IMG/VR virus record: IMGVR_UViG_3300036984_000039
Location: 1-64,000 of that record
DNA from: a virus
Taxonomy: Duplodnaviria > Caudoviricetes
Reading direction: 5' to 3' (one strand)
DNA length: 64,000 nucleotides
The notes below the pieces were generated by a model, which saw only the letters and a list, made by a program, of their open reading frames with translations, was not told the origin of the DNA and ran no database searches. A program made the position numbers and the translations under genes. Below are positions 54,265-64,000 of the stretch, one piece after another (the first letter of the stretch is position 1; every line of letters starts with the position of its first letter).

Positions 54265-56348
54265 TTACTTCATCGGCACTTGCACCATGCCGACGAAAAG
54301 CGCGCCGCGATATAGCAGGAGTGGATGTCGCCTATTGCCGCGCTTCAGGGTGTCGGCTTTGGTCAGATGCACCGCATAGGCCAGCTTCGCCGCGGGCACG
54401 GTGAATTCCTTCTCAAGAAAGTAATCGGGCACCGCGTAACGCAGGAATGCTAACTCACTGGCGCAGCCCAAGAATTCGACTTCCGTCAAACCTTTCGGGT
54501 CAGCCAATTCTCCGGCGACGAGCTTGTCCAGACGTTCGGCCTCTGGATCATTCATTGCCATTTTGGGCTTGGGCCACTTGGCGTGATTTTCCAGATAGAC
54601 CCGGTCACGCTTCGTAATGCGGTCGGCCAGTACCAGCACCGCGCCGTCACAGGCCCACTTGTCGCCAAGATGCACGGTGCGCCCCCAGCCGTCCTTGACG
54701 GACGGCATTGGCAACGGGGTGAGATGTTCGAGATTCGTGGCGATTATCATTGTAGCACCTCCGCGGCTTCCGGGAAGACCATGCCCACATACCAGGGCGT
54801 GCGCCCGCGCAGGATCGGTTCTTCCGTCTCCCAAACACGCGAGCGCCATTCGTAGACTTGTTCGTGCAGATCATCCAGCGAGGCCGCCGCGAAGCGCATG
54901 GTCGCGCTGGTCGGGTGGTCACTGGTGTCGCGATAGCGGTGCAGATTGATCGGGACGCTGTAGCGGATCATGACTCCTGCTCCAGAATGGCGTAACCACT
55001 CACGATCTGTTTCAACGTGAACCCTTCAGCGATAGCCTCGCGAACTTTGATAACTGCGGCCTTCTCTGCGTCATCTGGTTCGGACAGTCCTGTGGGCATT
55101 CCCGATGTTGCCCGATAAAATACCACGGCAGTAAACGTCAGATACACGTATTTTCGCGGGCGCAACTGCTCAGACAGCCACGATGAAAATAGCCGGTCGG
55201 TTTTGTCATACATCTCTCATTCCTCGATTTGAAACACGGTGCACGCCTGGCCGAACCCTTGCCAGTTGCCCAGGCCGCGCGTATTGCCGTAGCCGTACTG
55301 CCCGATGCACTCGGCCTTCGCCGGTGCGATCTTGCGCCACAACTTCCAAGACTTGACGCCCGCCTGCGCGCCGCTGCCCGTGAAGACGCCATCGCAGAAG
55401 ACGGCCTCGACGGGCACATCGCGGAACAACTTCGCCGTCCCTACGGGCGGGGTCTTACTGTTGCTTGCCATCTCACGCCTCTTTCTTTGGCTCGACATAG
55501 CGTCGTGCGGCGACCAGGGCCGCGCGCAACTCGTCACCGCCGACTCCGGCCTCGACAAGCAATTCAGCCACGGCCTGCACCAGCGGCGCGGGAAGCAAGG
55601 CCCAGTCTATGTGACTGACGCGGGAGGCTAGGCCGCGCTTTACGGCGCGCTGCTGCGCCTCAGCGAACACGACCTGCGCCTCAGCGTCAAAGACGTAGGC
55701 ATACTGACCATCATAGGTGTCAGAGCCAACCTTGCGCCCGTTCTTTTTCCAGTAGCGCACCTCAAACTTGTCGTATTGCACAACGATCTGCGTTGGCGTG
55801 ACGCGCGCAACTTCTTTCACTCTCCAACCGGGACTCAGGTCAAGTAGTATTTTGTCGCCCGCCTGGACTTGCCACAGTTCACTATTCAGAGCCATCGTGT
55901 TTCTCCTGGGCCTGGGCCAGCGCCTTGCACGTCTTGCACTCAATCATCGTCATGATCCACCAATTTGCACACCAGTTGAAGGTGCCTACGCCGACCCGTG
56001 CGCCGCAGATCGGCGCGCCGTCCACGGCGGCGTGCACTTTCGTGCGTAGGCCGCGCTTGGTCACATAATATCCAGTCTGTTTCATGCGATCCTTCCTTCG
56101 TCATGGTTTATCCAGCGCCAGAAACTCGCGATGCGCTTGGAGCGCATGGCCGAAGCGGCCTGTCTGATAACGCGCCGGGCATTCCCGCGATGTGCTTGAC
56201 AGTGCCAAACTGTGCGCGAGAGCGGAGGCGCATCGGGATCGAGCGGCTCATTTTGTGACCAGTAAGCCGCGGGTTGTTTGCAAAATTCACAGGTATGATC
56301 TTCCCAATCTGCCCATCGGTTGCGATTCATACGGTGCGTGCGTATCAC
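54265..56348 (-). other. Operon of seven small early ORFs (54265-54750, 54747-54971, 54968-55213, 55217-55471, 55473-55895, 55882-56085, 56082-56348)
   Basis: Coupled, RBS-led ORFs behind the promoter at 56385. Confidence 0.6.
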
Positions 56349-56384
56349 TGCAAGCCTCCTGCGCTAGTTTCTACCTACATTTTC

Positions 56385-56413
56385 ATTATAAGCGAAGTCG
56401 GCTTATTTGTCAA
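56385..56413 (-). promoter_or_regulatory. Perfect sigma70 promoter TTGACA-17-TATAAT
   Basis: Exact consensus. Confidence 0.9.
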
Positions 56414-56666
56414 GTGGCAATGTGGGCAATATCAGGGCAATATCACGAGGATTGAGGGGAAGTTTCGGGGTTGCCAGGAGAAGACGACGCGGGCGGAGAC
56501 TCCGCGCGCAGAATGGTATCTAGGTCTGCGGCACTGAGACGCACTTCCTGATGCTCGGCTTTGTCCCACAGCGCCAGGCCGCCCGGCACAACCCGCGCCA
56601 AGCGCGTGCGGGTCGGCAGGGCGACCAGCCAGTCGCCGTCGAGCACCCAACGATTGTGCGGCACGG

Positions 56667-56864
56667 TCAGGCGGCCTTGCTCTTTGGCGCGGCTTCGTCG
56701 GCCCAAAACGCCTGCCACTCGGATTTCCATTCGGCCTCGGTCGCATCGTCCTTGAAGCCGTCACCGGCGAGCGCCTTGCCGAAATTGCGCACCCATGCCT
56801 TGTAAGCGGCCAGGCTCTTGTCCTTGGGCCGACCGAGCACCAGTTGCGGTTTGCTGTCAGGCAT
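56667..56864 (-). CDS. Small hypothetical protein
   Basis: Coupled to the end of the MuF-like gene. Confidence 0.55.
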   Translation of the reverse strand: MPDSKPQLVLGRPKDKSLAAYKAWVRNFGKALAGDGFKDDATEAEWKSEWQAFWADEAAPKSKAA

Positions 56865-58086
56865 ACACAGTCTCCATTGCTTTCAAGTCAAAAATGGCAA
56901 GCTGACTGTGCTTCTTTGCCAGGGTCAGCGCCTCGGCCTTGCTGCCACGCCGCACCGAGATGTCGATGTAGGCTTTGCCGTCATCCACCCAACCACCCAT
57001 GTAGTGATCCTTCTGCGTCAATAACTTGCGGTGGCCGCGCATATACTTCATCAGTTTCAGGCCCGAAACCTCAGCGACGGGTAACACGAATTCACAGTCT
57101 TTGTAGGGGCTGACCATGAAGCCATCGGACGGCGACTCGTTGAGTAGCGGCTGATAGGTGAAACCGCCGTTGTCCTTGAGCAGTTGGCGCAACATGCCCG
57201 TTTCGCCCTTGTCTACGATGTCCGGCACATCAGTCGTGCCCGCCGTGCCCTTCTTCGCGAACTGGCCGCCTTTGCGCGATCCGGCAGGCTGGTGCGCGGC
57301 GTTATACAGGTCGGTCGTCCAGTCCGCGCCGAGCACGCGGTCAAGCAGGGTGTCAGTCATGGTTGCCTCCATAGGCATTTCGCTCGCGTTCCAGTCCGGC
57401 AGCGGGCCACTTCCGACCAGCGCGGCGGCCTCCGCTATCGGCACTTCTTTGATCTCCAGATGGCAACGGCAATGGCCGTCGCATTCAGATGTATTTGGCT
57501 CTCCCGGCATCGGGACTTGAGCGATGGGCCGGAAGCCCGCACGACTATACATAACGCAAGAATTGCAATGTTCTGCGATGCCGAGCCGCCTGGCAGCAAG
57601 CACGACGAAACCGGGCTTACTCGTCAAGGAGCGTCGCTCTTTGACGGCATCATAGTATTGCCAACGCGCCTGGCCCAAATAGCCAGTCAAGCGCGCGAGC
57701 GCCTGAGCCTCGGATATTGAGCCGTCTGCAAGGCCATTCGCGAAACCAATCAGGCGGCGATAGCTTTCCTTGATGTTCGCGCCGATAACCCCGTAATCGT
57801 GGAAACCAAGTTTATCAAGGCCGCCTGCTCCAAGTGCCCTGTTTTCGATTGCCGCGCGTCTTAGCTCGTCGCGCATGGTCGCGAGCCACGTCGAGGCGTC
57901 GAGCACGCCGGCCTTGTAGTCCAGCGTCAGCCGCGCCAGCCGGTCGCCGCGCGCCTGCACCTGCGCGTCGAGCAATTCCACGATCTTCGCGCGCGCCACG
58001 GTACGCCCGGTCGTTAGGTTGCGATAGGCGTGCAACCTGGGATCGAACGTGTATCCCGTAAGCAGGGACGTGCGGCTAGACGGCAT
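56857..58086 (-). CDS. MuF-like minor head protein with a C-terminal extension
   Basis: EHCNSC...PMPG...CDGHCRC; HQPAGSRKGGQF; QLAIFDL domain. Confidence 0.7.
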   Translation of the reverse strand: MPSSRTSLLTGYTFDPRLHAYRNLTTGRTVARAKIVELLDAQVQARGDRLARLTLDYKAGVLDASTWLATMRDELRRAAIENRALGAGGLDKLGFHDYGVIGANIKESYRRLIGFANGLADGSISEAQALARLTGYLGQARWQYYDAVKERRSLTSKPGFVVLAARRLGIAEHCNSCVMYSRAGFRPIAQVPMPGEPNTSECDGHCRCHLEIKEVPIAEAAALVGSGPLPDWNASEMPMEATMTDTLLDRVLGADWTTDLYNAAHQPAGSRKGGQFAKKGTAGTTDVPDIVDKGETGMLRQLLKDNGGFTYQPLLNESPSDGFMVSPYKDCEFVLPVAEVSGLKLMKYMRGHRKLLTQKDHYMGGWVDDGKAYIDISVRRGSKAEALTLAKKHSQLAIFDLKAMETVYA

Positions 58087-58855
58087 TGACAACCTTCGGT
58101 TCACCCAAGGATGGATTATAAACCCAACGATTCCCGGCATTCCAAGCATCTGCATACATCTGCGCCGTCACTCGCCAGGGGCGACCTTCGTACGTGCCTT
58201 TTTCATCATCGGTTTGTCGCAACACGCCAGGGGGATCATGCTTACCGTCGCCCCATTCAGCCAACACCATTCGCTTCTGTTTATACTCGCCTTCGTATGT
58301 GGTAAAAATTCCCGGCTTTGCAAAGCGCGTGAGCGGAACGACATCAGGATGCGGCGGAGTTGCCCATTCGTAAGGCCCAACCTCCTGTTTTCTAGCCATG
58401 TATGCGCGCATCCGTTGCGCTTCTACCTTGGACGCCTGTTCTATGCGCTGCTCAGTGGTGGATGGCAAGAATTGTCCACCACGATAGATACGCTCATTGA
58501 TACCAAGAGTTCCAGCACCGCCACGTGCACGGCCTTCCTCGCCCTGAGGATACATCTTTTCGCCGCCGACGTTTACCCATTCTCCCCCATCCGGCGATCC
58601 GGCAGGTATACGCGGTTGATTCACTGCCATCAACTTTGCTTCTTCGCTGCCCTTGCCACCCATCTGCGCCTCCGCTTGACCAGGATTATCATTCTCTAGT
58701 ATAGCGGAAGTCGTGGTATTTGGCAAGTCGGAACCACGCGGCGCGCCCGGCCCGTACTTGGCGACGTGCGCGCGCCAGCGGCGCAGGAAGATCGCCTCCT
58801 GCCGGTCAAGATCGGCGGTGAGAGCCGCTACTGCCTTGTCAAGCGCCTCACTCAT
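58076..58855 (-). CDS. Head-associated hypothetical protein
   Basis: NQPRIPAGSPDGGEW motif, YRGGQFLP. Confidence 0.6.
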   Translation of the reverse strand: MSEALDKAVAALTADLDRQEAIFLRRWRAHVAKYGPGAPRGSDLPNTTTSAILENDNPGQAEAQMGGKGSEEAKLMAVNQPRIPAGSPDGGEWVNVGGEKMYPQGEEGRARGGAGTLGINERIYRGGQFLPSTTEQRIEQASKVEAQRMRAYMARKQEVGPYEWATPPHPDVVPLTRFAKPGIFTTYEGEYKQKRMVLAEWGDGKHDPPGVLRQTDDEKGTYEGRPWRVTAQMYADAWNAGNRWVYNPSLGEPKVVNAV

Positions 58856-61152
58856 GGTTGCGCCTCCCGGTCAATCTCCCACGTGCCCACGTAGGCATCC
58901 TGATACGTGCGCGCCAACTGATTCCACCCGATGCGCGCATGGAAGCCGGGAATCAGCCAGGCGTCACCGCGCCGACCGTCCGGCGCTAGGATCACGCCGA
59001 GCGTGTAACCCTGCATGTCACCGCCGATGATGGTGCTCATCTCGCGCAGCATATCGGCCTTGCGCTCCATGACGAGTTCTTGCTTGATCTGATTGTACTC
59101 GGCTTTCTCCGCCGCGGTCAGGCCGCGCATGGCCGCCTTTTCTTCGCGACCCGGCTCGCCTATCGTCGCCCGCCAGTGCTGTGCACTCGCGCCATTGGAC
59201 GCCAGGCCGGTCTTGACCTCGACGGCTACATGATCGCCCGCCACGTCGAGCGGCGCGTTATTGAGGCCCTGATTCAGCGTCTCAAAGCGCGCGCCGAAGC
59301 GTTGACTCAGCACGTGCGCGGCCAGCGCCTCGCCCAGTGCGCCCGTGGTCTCTTTGCTCAGGTCGCCGGCGGCGGGTTGGCTCTTGCCCGTCCAGACGCG
59401 CTCGGCGGTCGGCGCGAATGATAATCCGGGGCCGGAACCGCCGATCTCGCCAGGTCTGCCCTTATGCCCATAGTTACCAGAACCGGGGCCACCGAATGCG
59501 GCTTCGGACAAGCCGATCTCGTCGGAGATGGTGCCAAGCGTCGCATCAATGAAGCGGCCAGAATATAGCGACCAACGAAATGGTGTAGTCGGCGGAAATC
59601 CCGCACGGATAAGGCGGCGCGCGGCTTCGGCCACAGCAGGCCGTGCGGTAGTATCCCAGGCGGCTGCTGTCCGAGTACGCTCCATTCCCTCGGAATCTAT
59701 CTTGCGCTGAAGTTTGCGCGCCGCTGCTACGGGAATTGCCCACGGCGTAGAAATCTGTATCGGTGAAAGTGGGCCATTTTCCACGGAGCGCCATACGTGT
59801 ATGCCCTCATCCTCCATTGTCTGGCGCAACGCGGCTTGTTCCGGCGTCGAAATAGATGCCAGAAGATTGTCGTGACTCTTACCCTTGAAGCTCCTACCAG
59901 AAATCACGGTGGCGTCACGCGTAATGGTTGCCACGAAATCATAGGACTTTTCCGTGACTTGAACGGGAAGCGTTTGCCCTATCTTGGCGATATAAACAGG
60001 CCCAAGCGACGTACTCAACTTTACGGCTTTGCCAGAAACGGTACGTTGCGAGTCAATGGCTGAGGGGGTGCTATCCGATGCACTACCGCCGACTCCGACA
60101 CCCGGTCTGCCTGCATGGCCGTAGTTGCCGCTGCCAGGGCCACCAAGCTCGGCAAACAGCGCCTCCCAGTCCATGTCGAGCCATTTGCGGAGAGCCGCCT
60201 GCTGTGACGGACTACCGCGCAGCGCCACGACGAACGCATCGGCGTATAATTCGCGAGCATTGCTGATCGAGTAATTGCGCAAGCCGCCACTTTCCAATGG
60301 CCGCGGGATATCCATGCTTCGGTAGTCAAACTTGTCGTTCAACAAGCTGCGCATCTCTCGTGCGTCGTGTTGGCGATACATGACGTGATGACCGACTTCG
60401 TGGATAACCGTATCGGATGCGTTTACAGACGCGGGTGCAATGTGAATGGTATCCGTGCTCGGCACGTATAGGCCGTTGATGTTTGGAAGGGGATCGACTG
60501 GATCAAGAAAACTGCCATTGCCAGCTAGGCGGTAACCGTATGGCGGATCGGTTGAAAACTGAACGCCCTCAAGATAGCGTCGCGGGATGCCGCTGTGTCC
60601 AATCGTCCAGGCCAGCGTATCGGCATCGCCCAGGTGCGTCATACCAGAGCCGGATATTTTGATATTATCATTGACCCAGGCATAATCGGCTACCGGCCCG
60701 ACTAGTTGCGGTGATTCTTCGCCGTCAGCGACAATTTGATGCTCTGGCCCGATGGTCGCATAGCGGCTCGGCGCGGAGCCGCCCACCCCTACGCCCGGCC
60801 TGCCTGCGTGTCCGTAATTGCCCGAACCAGGGCCACCCAATTCGACATCCTGCGCCGGATCATAAAACACCGCCTCGCCCAGGCCGACCGCCTCTTGCGG
60901 CGGGCCGAGGTCATCCAGCAGCAGCTTGTATTCCAGCGGCGCGACCACGTACCAGTCGGCGCGGGCGTCCTGCACCGCGGCCTCGTCAATCACGGCGCTC
61001 AGGGCGAACGCGCCGGGATCGGGCAGCCACGTGCGCGGGTCAGCACCTTCCGGCACGGCGGCTGCTGCTTCGCGCACCCAACGCGCGGCATCGCCCGGCG
61101 TGAAGCCCGCGGCGATGATGGCGGCGACTTGCGCCGTGGCGCGGTCAGGCAT
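58852..61152 (-). CDS. Modular head-associated polyprotein (zincin HExxH domain, unknown domain, PD-(D/E)xK-like domain)
   Basis: Three GGPGSGNYGHxGRPG repeats; IHEVGH..ELYAD; GALGE...LDV...AVEVKTG. Confidence 0.7.
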   Translation of the reverse strand: MPDRATAQVAAIIAAGFTPGDAARWVREAAAAVPEGADPRTWLPDPGAFALSAVIDEAAVQDARADWYVVAPLEYKLLLDDLGPPQEAVGLGEAVFYDPAQDVELGGPGSGNYGHAGRPGVGVGGSAPSRYATIGPEHQIVADGEESPQLVGPVADYAWVNDNIKISGSGMTHLGDADTLAWTIGHSGIPRRYLEGVQFSTDPPYGYRLAGNGSFLDPVDPLPNINGLYVPSTDTIHIAPASVNASDTVIHEVGHHVMYRQHDAREMRSLLNDKFDYRSMDIPRPLESGGLRNYSISNARELYADAFVVALRGSPSQQAALRKWLDMDWEALFAELGGPGSGNYGHAGRPGVGVGGSASDSTPSAIDSQRTVSGKAVKLSTSLGPVYIAKIGQTLPVQVTEKSYDFVATITRDATVISGRSFKGKSHDNLLASISTPEQAALRQTMEDEGIHVWRSVENGPLSPIQISTPWAIPVAAARKLQRKIDSEGMERTRTAAAWDTTARPAVAEAARRLIRAGFPPTTPFRWSLYSGRFIDATLGTISDEIGLSEAAFGGPGSGNYGHKGRPGEIGGSGPGLSFAPTAERVWTGKSQPAAGDLSKETTGALGEALAAHVLSQRFGARFETLNQGLNNAPLDVAGDHVAVEVKTGLASNGASAQHWRATIGEPGREEKAAMRGLTAAEKAEYNQIKQELVMERKADMLREMSTIIGGDMQGYTLGVILAPDGRRGDAWLIPGFHARIGWNQLARTYQDAYVGTWEIDREAQP

Positions 61153-61154
61153 GG

Positions 61155-61352
61155 CTAGGCTGGCTCCGGCTGGTCTTCGATCTGCACGACATAAAAATAC
61201 GGTACGCTCTTGGCCGTCTCAAGCTCGCCGGGATCAGTAACCTTGCGCAAGATCATCGGGATCGCGCCATTCGCATCTGGCGGGCCATCCTTGATCTCAA
61301 ACAGCGGCAGGTTCCGGTGTAGCGTCGGGTTGTAGTCCTCGTAATGAGTCAT
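61155..61352 (-). CDS. Small hypothetical protein
   Basis: AAGGA RBS. Confidence 0.55.
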   Translation of the reverse strand: MTHYEDYNPTLHRNLPLFEIKDGPPDANGAIPMILRKVTDPGELETAKSVPYFYVVQIEDQPEPA

Positions 61353-61492
61353 TGGATATTTCCTTAGCAGGCGGTGCGCAAAACGTGCAGCGCCAGACGA
61401 TGGGCTTGCCGCTCGGCTCATAGCCGACCACCTGGCCGGCGACCAGGCCACAGTTGCGCGGCGCATGGTCGGCGTACTGGCAATAGGCCAAC

Positions 61493-61885
61493 TCAGCCAT
61501 CGGCCACGTCATTCGGCCACAGGTCGGCGGGTAAGTCCAGGTACGCGCAGATCAGCCGCGCGGCGGTCAGCCAGTCGTAACATACCGCCGTGTGCCAGCC
61601 TTGCCGGGCGAGATAGGCCAGATACAGCTTTTGCTCCGGCGTCGGCTTGTTGCGACCGCTCTTAAGTTCAATCACCATGCCATTGCAGCCGTGCGCCCGT
61701 TCGCAAATCCAGACGTCCGGTACGCCTCTCCGCGTCCCAAGCCGCTGCATGTTGGCCGCGGTCGCCTTGCTGCGCATCCCGCCATTGGGTGGGTGAAAGG
61801 CAAAACGCAGCGCCTCTACCTCACCTTCGCGGGCGCGAATCCAGGCAAACAGCGCGGCTTGCTGCTCATCTTCGTCGTGTCTCAC
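61493..61885 (-). CDS. VRR-NUC domain nuclease
   Basis: HPPNGG, GVPDV, IELKSG, TPEQ. Confidence 0.9.
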   Translation of the reverse strand: MRHDEDEQQAALFAWIRAREGEVEALRFAFHPPNGGMRSKATAANMQRLGTRRGVPDVWICERAHGCNGMVIELKSGRNKPTPEQKLYLAYLARQGWHTAVCYDWLTAARLICAYLDLPADLWPNDVADG

Positions 61886-62241
61886 GGCTGCACGTCCACG
61901 CGCGCCAGACTATCACCTACCGAGAAGCCGTTCGGGTAACGCACCCTCAGCTTGGCGATGTTGGCGGCCATGATCTCGGATAGGTCAAGGCCGGTCAGCG
62001 TGCAGATGGCGGCCAAATACCACAGACAATCGCCGGTTTCGTCCGCCAGTTTCGCCATATCCAGGCCATGTCGATGCCAAACTTGCTTCTTAATCGCATT
62101 ACACATTTCGCCCGCTTCACCTGCAAGGCCCAGGGCGTGAAACAGCAGCGCAATTTCCTCCGGCGTGAAGGCTTGCGGCTCATGGTGCAGCGTGCGCGCG
62201 GCGGCGATCTGATAGGCGCGGGCGTCCAGCGGCTCAGGCAT
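61882..62241 (-). CDS. mazG: MazG-like nucleotide pyrophosphohydrolase
   Basis: LGLAGEAGE, DETGDCLWY, NIAKLRVRYP. Confidence 0.92.
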   Translation of the reverse strand: MPEPLDARAYQIAAARTLHHEPQAFTPEEIALLFHALGLAGEAGEMCNAIKKQVWHRHGLDMAKLADETGDCLWYLAAICTLTGLDLSEIMAANIAKLRVRYPNGFSVGDSLARVDVQP

Positions 62242-63895
62242 GGGCGAATAACTCCACGTCGGCGTCCGCGCCCTGCCCACCCACAATCCTCTCAGCGGCC
62301 ATTAGCAGGGCGCTACGCACGACTTCCGGGTAAATGCCGGTCTCAGGCGCGGGTGGCTCAGATAGGCTCGCTACGGCGTCCTGCGCCTCACTCGCCTTGA
62401 CCTCTGCCTCCGGCTGTTCCGTGCCCGCCTGCGCCTTCTGGCCCGGCGCGGTCGCGGGTGGCTCTTTGGTTGGCTTACCGTTACCCGCAGCGGCATTGGC
62501 GGCAGCCGCGGCGCTCTTGGCAAGCTGTGGCGGTACGACGCCCGGCGTATTGGGCGGCAACTCGCCGGCAGCAGCCTGCGCCGCCAACTGCTTCGCCGCT
62601 TCCGCCGCCGCTTTCTCGGCATCCGCTTTCGCCAGCTTTTGCGCTTCCTCGATATCCTTCGCGCTCTTGTACGGCATATTGAAAATCGCGCGCAACCACT
62701 CGGCATCTTCCGGCGCGGCGACGTTCAGGAATTCCGTGATATTGGCGAGCCATTGCGCGGTCGCGGGCGGCAGGACGGTGACGCGGGAATGGCTGATACG
62801 GGGATGATCGGAGATGCTGCCAAACTTACCGGGGTTGTTCGCCAACATACGCGGTACAAGATGCCGATTCCACACGTCCTGGATGCGATCCAGTGCGCCG
62901 TCCACGCCCATCGTAAACGCATCGTACATCGTGCCGCCGAGCGACTGCGTACCGCGCTCGGTGCTGCCCAAGCGCACGAACGTCGCAGCTTGCAGCGCGG
63001 CGATCTCCCAACGCAACTGGTCGATCCAGCCGCGAATGTCGCCCAGGTTGGAGAGTGAGACGGTCTTGAGGTCGCCGTCAACCATCGGGCCGGGCAACTT
63101 GACGTACTGCAACTCGCCCGCGGCCAGGCCCTCGCCGATCTCATCGACGGCGTTCAGGATCTTGTCATCGGGCGGTGAGAGGAATTTGAACCACGGCAGG
63201 CCGGTGCCGCCGCGCTGCGCGGTCGCGCCGCCGATCTGTTCAAGCTGCTCAATCAGGTACGCAATCCAGTACGCGGGTTCGAGCCAACCCAGGCCCTCAA
63301 TGCTGCCGCGCTCGTCGCCACCCACGTAATGCAGGAGCTTTTCAATGGGGATCGGCTCGGTCTGTTTGCCGGTGTTCGGGTCGGTTTGAATCATGGCTTG
63401 CAGGCCACCCGTTTCGTCAAGCTCCCATTTGTAGAGCGTTTCCTGGCGGCGCGTGGCGAGCTTCTTGAGGCCGATCAGCCCATCATCCCATTTGCTCGGC
63501 GCGGCGTCCTTGCCGGTGGGATTCTGACCGTTGCGCTTCTTCCAGACGATTTCGTGGTCGGCCCACCCGAAGGCCCAGGAGGACAGTGCAAATTGCACTG
63601 CGGACGCCAGGCTGGTACTAGTATCCTGTAAGCATTGATCCACGAACTCCGCGGCGTCCTGGTCAGCTTTGCTTTCGGCGGCGGGCGTCACCGTCCAACG
63701 CACTGACGAAGCGGCCAGGGTAACCATATTCCATGAGGTGTAGGCAGAAGGTTCACGACGCAAAACGCGGGCCATCTTGGCAATTCCCGATGGCCCGCGA
63801 AGAATTTCTGCATAGCGGTCACTGAGCAGACCGGCATACTCTTGCACACCGGTAACGCCCATAGACGCATAGAGGTTGAATTTCTTAGTCGGCAT
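62234..63895 (-). CDS. Portal protein (DUF935 / Mu gp29-like)
   Basis: FGWADHEIVWK, R.QETL..W..D..GGL, IPIEKLL, followed by MuF-like genes. Confidence 0.8.
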   Translation of the reverse strand: MPTKKFNLYASMGVTGVQEYAGLLSDRYAEILRGPSGIAKMARVLRREPSAYTSWNMVTLAASSVRWTVTPAAESKADQDAAEFVDQCLQDTSTSLASAVQFALSSWAFGWADHEIVWKKRNGQNPTGKDAAPSKWDDGLIGLKKLATRRQETLYKWELDETGGLQAMIQTDPNTGKQTEPIPIEKLLHYVGGDERGSIEGLGWLEPAYWIAYLIEQLEQIGGATAQRGGTGLPWFKFLSPPDDKILNAVDEIGEGLAAGELQYVKLPGPMVDGDLKTVSLSNLGDIRGWIDQLRWEIAALQAATFVRLGSTERGTQSLGGTMYDAFTMGVDGALDRIQDVWNRHLVPRMLANNPGKFGSISDHPRISHSRVTVLPPATAQWLANITEFLNVAAPEDAEWLRAIFNMPYKSAKDIEEAQKLAKADAEKAAAEAAKQLAAQAAAGELPPNTPGVVPPQLAKSAAAAANAAAGNGKPTKEPPATAPGQKAQAGTEQPEAEVKASEAQDAVASLSEPPAPETGIYPEVVRSALLMAAERIVGGQGADADVELFAHA

Positions 63896-63961
63896 GACGC
63901 CTCCAATCAGGCGGACGAGGCGTCAACGCGCCTTTGGCGGGTGGATATTTGCATAAGTGTT

Positions 63962-63990
63962 AGTATAGCACTTCCGTTGCATTTTCGCAA
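63962..63990 (-). promoter_or_regulatory. Promoter TTGCGA-17-TATACT upstream of the portal gene
   Basis: Near-consensus, with GGAGG RBS downstream. Confidence 0.6.
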
Positions 63991-64000
63991 TAGGCAAAAT

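Noticed and set aside
17319-63906. Numerous plus-strand ORFs in the minus-strand region
   Set aside because: Shadow frames of GC-rich genes, lacking RBS and recognisable motifs.
1-64000. Genome-wide stop-codon recoding
   Set aside because: Long genes are intact in code 11 and TAG ends many coupled genes; only one internal TAG was seen.
1-64000. tRNA or rRNA genes and an integrase
   Set aside because: No cloverleaf with a T-loop consensus and no tyrosine or serine recombinase motifs were recognised by eye; tRNAscan was not run.

Overview
This window is part of a large, GC-rich tailed dsDNA phage genome. The host is probably Chloroflexota (Anaerolineae/Caldilineae-like), inferred from a secreted protein ending in a YLPFVFR-type motif. 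Plus strand, 1-17.3 kb: a tape measure protein, three GT2 glycosyltransferases plus a SAM methyltransferase, a 1874-aa tail protein with a ~255-aa Ser/Pro linker, and a lysis-type module with a clan-A glycoside hydrolase and a holin. Minus strand, 17.4-64 kb: the portal/MuF head genes at the right edge, many small early-type operons each behind a near-consensus sigma70 promoter, DNA ligase, FtsK, SbcD, an annealase-like protein, primase, a replication initiator, an intein-containing DnaB and a DNA methylase. There are also four IS200/IS605 TnpB-derived loci. The most unusual signals are non-coding: (1) an array of integron-type attC gene cassettes at 17.4-18.35 kb with no integrase in view; (2) a ~880-nt structured ncRNA with its own promoter and a boxA-like leader at 34.2-35.1 kb; (3) a cluster of structured RNAs around a perfect chromosomal-type parS site at 43.1-44.4 kb; (4) two C4/CI-like antisense leader switches; (5) a TnpB insertion that seems to supply a recoded replacement for the gene end it displaced; (6) an IS605 shell whose tnpA and tnpB cores are replaced by HNH nucleases. 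All calls come from reading the sequence by eye; no database searches were run.
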